Part shown: piece by piece, positions 35,868-37,609 of the stretch
Numbering within the stretch: the first letter of the stretch is position 1
Layout of the letters: the number at the start of each line of letters is the position of its first letter
Virus record (IMG/VR): IMGVR_UViG_3300045988_118907
Coordinates: 1-37,609 of that record
DNA from: a virus
Reading direction: 5' to 3' (one strand)
DNA: 37,609 nucleotides
The notes under the pieces: generated by a model
Seen by the model: the letters and a program-made list of their open reading frames with translations, nothing else
The model's database searches: none
Told to the model about the DNA's origin: nothing
Program-made: the position numbers and the translations under genes

Positions 35868-36347
35868 GTGATTATTATGCCAGGTTATTATCCCGCACAA
35901 ATTTGTTTAAATGGACATGTAATTAGTACTTGTGAGAATAATGTTGAAACATATTGTTCTGATTGTGGTGCCAAAACAATATCTGCTTGTCCTAATTGCA
36001 ATACACCTATTAGGGGTGATTATAACGATGAATATATTGTATTTAATGATGAATATAAACGTCCGTCCTATTGCTTCGCTTGTGGCAATCCTTTTCCTTG
36101 GACTCAATCAAGCTTAAAATCTATACAAGAGTTAATAGATTTTGATAAACAACTGTCTGAGGAAGAAAAGTCTTATATTGATAACAATATTTCCGCTTTA
36201 GCCACCGACACTCCTAGAACAAAAGTTGTTGCTACTAAATTAAATGTATTTTTAAAGAAAGCTGGAACTGTAACTGTATCTGCTGTTCGTGATATTTTGG
36301 TAGATATAGCTTCAGAAACTGCTAAAAAAATTATTTTTGATGAATAA
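35868..36347 (+). CDS. DUF2321-like zinc-ribbon protein
   Basis: PAQICLNGHVIS...YCSDCGAKTISACPNCNTPIRG...PSYCFACGNPFPWT. Confidence 0.8.
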   Translation: MIIMPGYYPAQICLNGHVISTCENNVETYCSDCGAKTISACPNCNTPIRGDYNDEYIVFNDEYKRPSYCFACGNPFPWTQSSLKSIQELIDFDKQLSEEEKSYIDNNISALATDTPRTKVVATKLNVFLKKAGTVTVSAVRDILVDIASETAKKIIFDE

Positions 36348-36504
36348 TTTTTTTATATAGCCTATAACTTGGACATCTTCTTTCTCCACAGTTGTACGGC
36401 TCTTTTTTTATCCAACAATAACTACATTCTTTTTTTAGTTTTGTTCCACAATTTGTACAAAAATTTCCATTTTGATTTTCTGATTTACACTTCTTACACT
36501 CCAT
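36331..36504 (-). CDS. small zinc-ribbon protein (57 aa)
   Basis: MECKKCKSENQNGNFCTNCGTKLKKECSYCWIKKEPYNCGERRCPSYRLYKKIIHQK*. Confidence 0.5.
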   Translation of the reverse strand: MECKKCKSENQNGNFCTNCGTKLKKECSYCWIKKEPYNCGERRCPSYRLYKKIIHQK

Positions 36505-36514
36505 TTTCCTCCTC

Positions 36515-36640
36515 CTAATAAATACTATTTTGAGTAAACGCCCATGCTGTTCCTATTACTGTTACTGCCCATATAGATGTATATACTACTGCTTGTCCTA
36601 TAAGTTGATATAGTTTGTTTTTGTTTAGTTTTCTTTTCAT
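36515..36640 (-). CDS. small single-TM protein (41 aa)
   Basis: MKRKLNKNKLYQLIGQAVVYTSIWAVTVIGTAWAFTQNSIY*. Confidence 0.4.
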   Translation of the reverse strand: MKRKLNKNKLYQLIGQAVVYTSIWAVTVIGTAWAFTQNSIY

Positions 36641-36657
36641 TTGTTTTCACCTTCTTT

Positions 36658-36864
36658 CTAACTATATATTTGTTGCATAATTTCAAATGCTCTATCTAAA
36701 TTTATCCTTATTAGCTTCTCTCCAACTTTTATTTTTGCTTCTTGCATTTCTGGTCTGGCTAATATTTTATATGCTTGTGATTTGCTTAAACTGTATTGTT
36801 CCATGAATTGTTTTGGTGTTACATATTTGACTCTCGCTCGTTCTTGTAATTTTGTTGCTGGCAT
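36658..36864 (-). CDS. excisionase/HTH_17-like DNA-binding protein
   Basis: TPKQFMEQYSLSKSQAYKILARPEMQEAKIKVGEKLIRINLDRAFEIM. Confidence 0.7.
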   Translation of the reverse strand: MPATKLQERARVKYVTPKQFMEQYSLSKSQAYKILARPEMQEAKIKVGEKLIRINLDRAFEIMQQIYS

Positions 36865-36899
36865 TTTTCTCGTCTCCTTTTGTTTTTATTTATTGTGTT

Positions 36900-37109
36900 T
36901 TAGTTTGTTTGGCTGACATTAGAAGTTAAAAAAATATCATCTTTTTTATAGTTTAATATCTTCTTTATTTTTAAAGCTGTTTCTAATGATGGTGATATAT
37001 TTCCATTTTCATACCCTGTATATGTTGTTCTGGCAACATTTAGCCTTTCTGCCATTTGCTCTTGGGTATAGCCTTTTTTCTTTCTAATTTCTATAAGTTT
37101 CTTTCTCAT
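36900..37109 (-). CDS. XRE family regulator (Cro-like)
   Basis: RKKKGYTQEQMAERLNVARTTYTGYENGNISPSLETALKIKKIL. Confidence 0.85.
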   Translation of the reverse strand: MRKKLIEIRKKKGYTQEQMAERLNVARTTYTGYENGNISPSLETALKIKKILNYKKDDIFLTSNVSQTN

Positions 37110-37136
37110 GTTTTCGCCCTCCTTTTTGTTTGTTCT

Positions 37137-37176
37137 GCTGACATTATATATAATGTTTGTTTGACTGTCAATACTT
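37137..37176. promoter_or_regulatory. divergent phage switch region with operator-like palindromes
   Basis: Contains ACATTATATAATGT (perfect palindrome) and TTGAC-T-GTCAA between two divergent XRE genes. Confidence 0.6.
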
Positions 37177-37210
37177 TTTTAAAAATTTTTTTATTTTTTT
37201 TTAAAAATGT

Positions 37211-37239
37211 TTGCAAAACTGACAATGAAATGTTATAAT
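37211..37239 (+). promoter_or_regulatory. promoter of CI-like repressor
   Basis: TTGCAA, 17 bp, TATAAT, then RBS AGAAAGGAG before ATG 37262. Confidence 0.7.
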
Positions 37240-37261
37240 TTTCTTAGAAAGGAGTGCTTTT

Positions 37262-37609
37262 ATGAGTTTTGGAGATAATTTAAAAAAAATTAGACAAGAT
37301 TGCAATCTAACTCAAGAAGAACTTGCAAAAAAAATTGATACATCACGTTCAAATATTGCTAATTACGAAAATAATAAAAATATGCCTTCAATAGATATTT
37401 TAAGTAAATTATCAGAGATACTTGACTGTAGTGTAGATTTCCTATTAGGTAAGTCAGATGAAAGAAAACCCAAAGAATCTGATCCTCTAGGTTTAGCCAA
37501 AATAGGATTTAGTATGAAAGATTATACCCCTCCTACTGAAACACAAAAACAACAAATTAAAGGATTGCTTGAAGTGGTCTTAAAAGACAATAAAAAGGAT
37601 AATAAATAA
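37262..37609 (+). CDS. CI-like XRE phage repressor
   Basis: LKKIRQDCNLTQEELAKKIDTSRSNIANYENNKNMPSIDILSKLSEILDCSVDFLLGKSDE. Confidence 0.88.
   Translation: MSFGDNLKKIRQDCNLTQEELAKKIDTSRSNIANYENNKNMPSIDILSKLSEILDCSVDFLLGKSDERKPKESDPLGLAKIGFSMKDYTPPTETQKQQIKGLLEVVLKDNKKDNK

Noticed and set aside
36331-36347. Overlap of zinc-ribbon ORF with the convergent DUF2321-like gene as error
   Set aside because: Short 3'-3' overlap of convergent phage genes is common and both frames look coding.

Overview
AT-rich (Firmicutes/Clostridia-like) window holding a nearly complete siphovirus-type (HK97-fold) prophage, mostly on the minus strand. Right to left: XRE repressor/early switch, replication genes, small accessory ORFs, HNH-terminase-portal-protease-capsid, head-tail joining, tail, host-interaction proteins, holin-like and C39-like lysin. 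A hicAB locus, an XRE regulator and tRNA-Thr lie at the left. No integrase was found; it may lie outside the window. MAIN OBSERVATION: the coding-strand codon CGG is essentially absent as a sense codon, and almost everywhere it is reached in frame the protein continues only if the C is skipped and GGN (Gly) is read, i.e. a +1 frameshift or a CGGN quadruplet. I found 10 such sites in 9 genes: hicA, holin-like, a LamG-like/tail protein, two small tail-module proteins, distal tail protein, HNH endonuclease, a Cys-rich early protein with two sites, and the DnaD-like replication protein. Each of the nine genes has a length of 3n+1 (3n+2 for the two-site gene), and the repaired sequences restore family-like motifs and overlapping start/stop junctions. 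The only other in-frame CGG I found by eye lies three codons before a stop and ends within one codon in either frame. This suggests CGG is an unassigned or recoded +1-frameshift codon in this host/phage, not random decay. Secondary observations: a divergent tRNA-Pro-like gene in the early region, a candidate +1 frameshift in the tail assembly chaperone, paired hairpins before the capsid gene, operator-like palindromes at three regulators, and a possible cos region. All calls are by eye; no database search was run.
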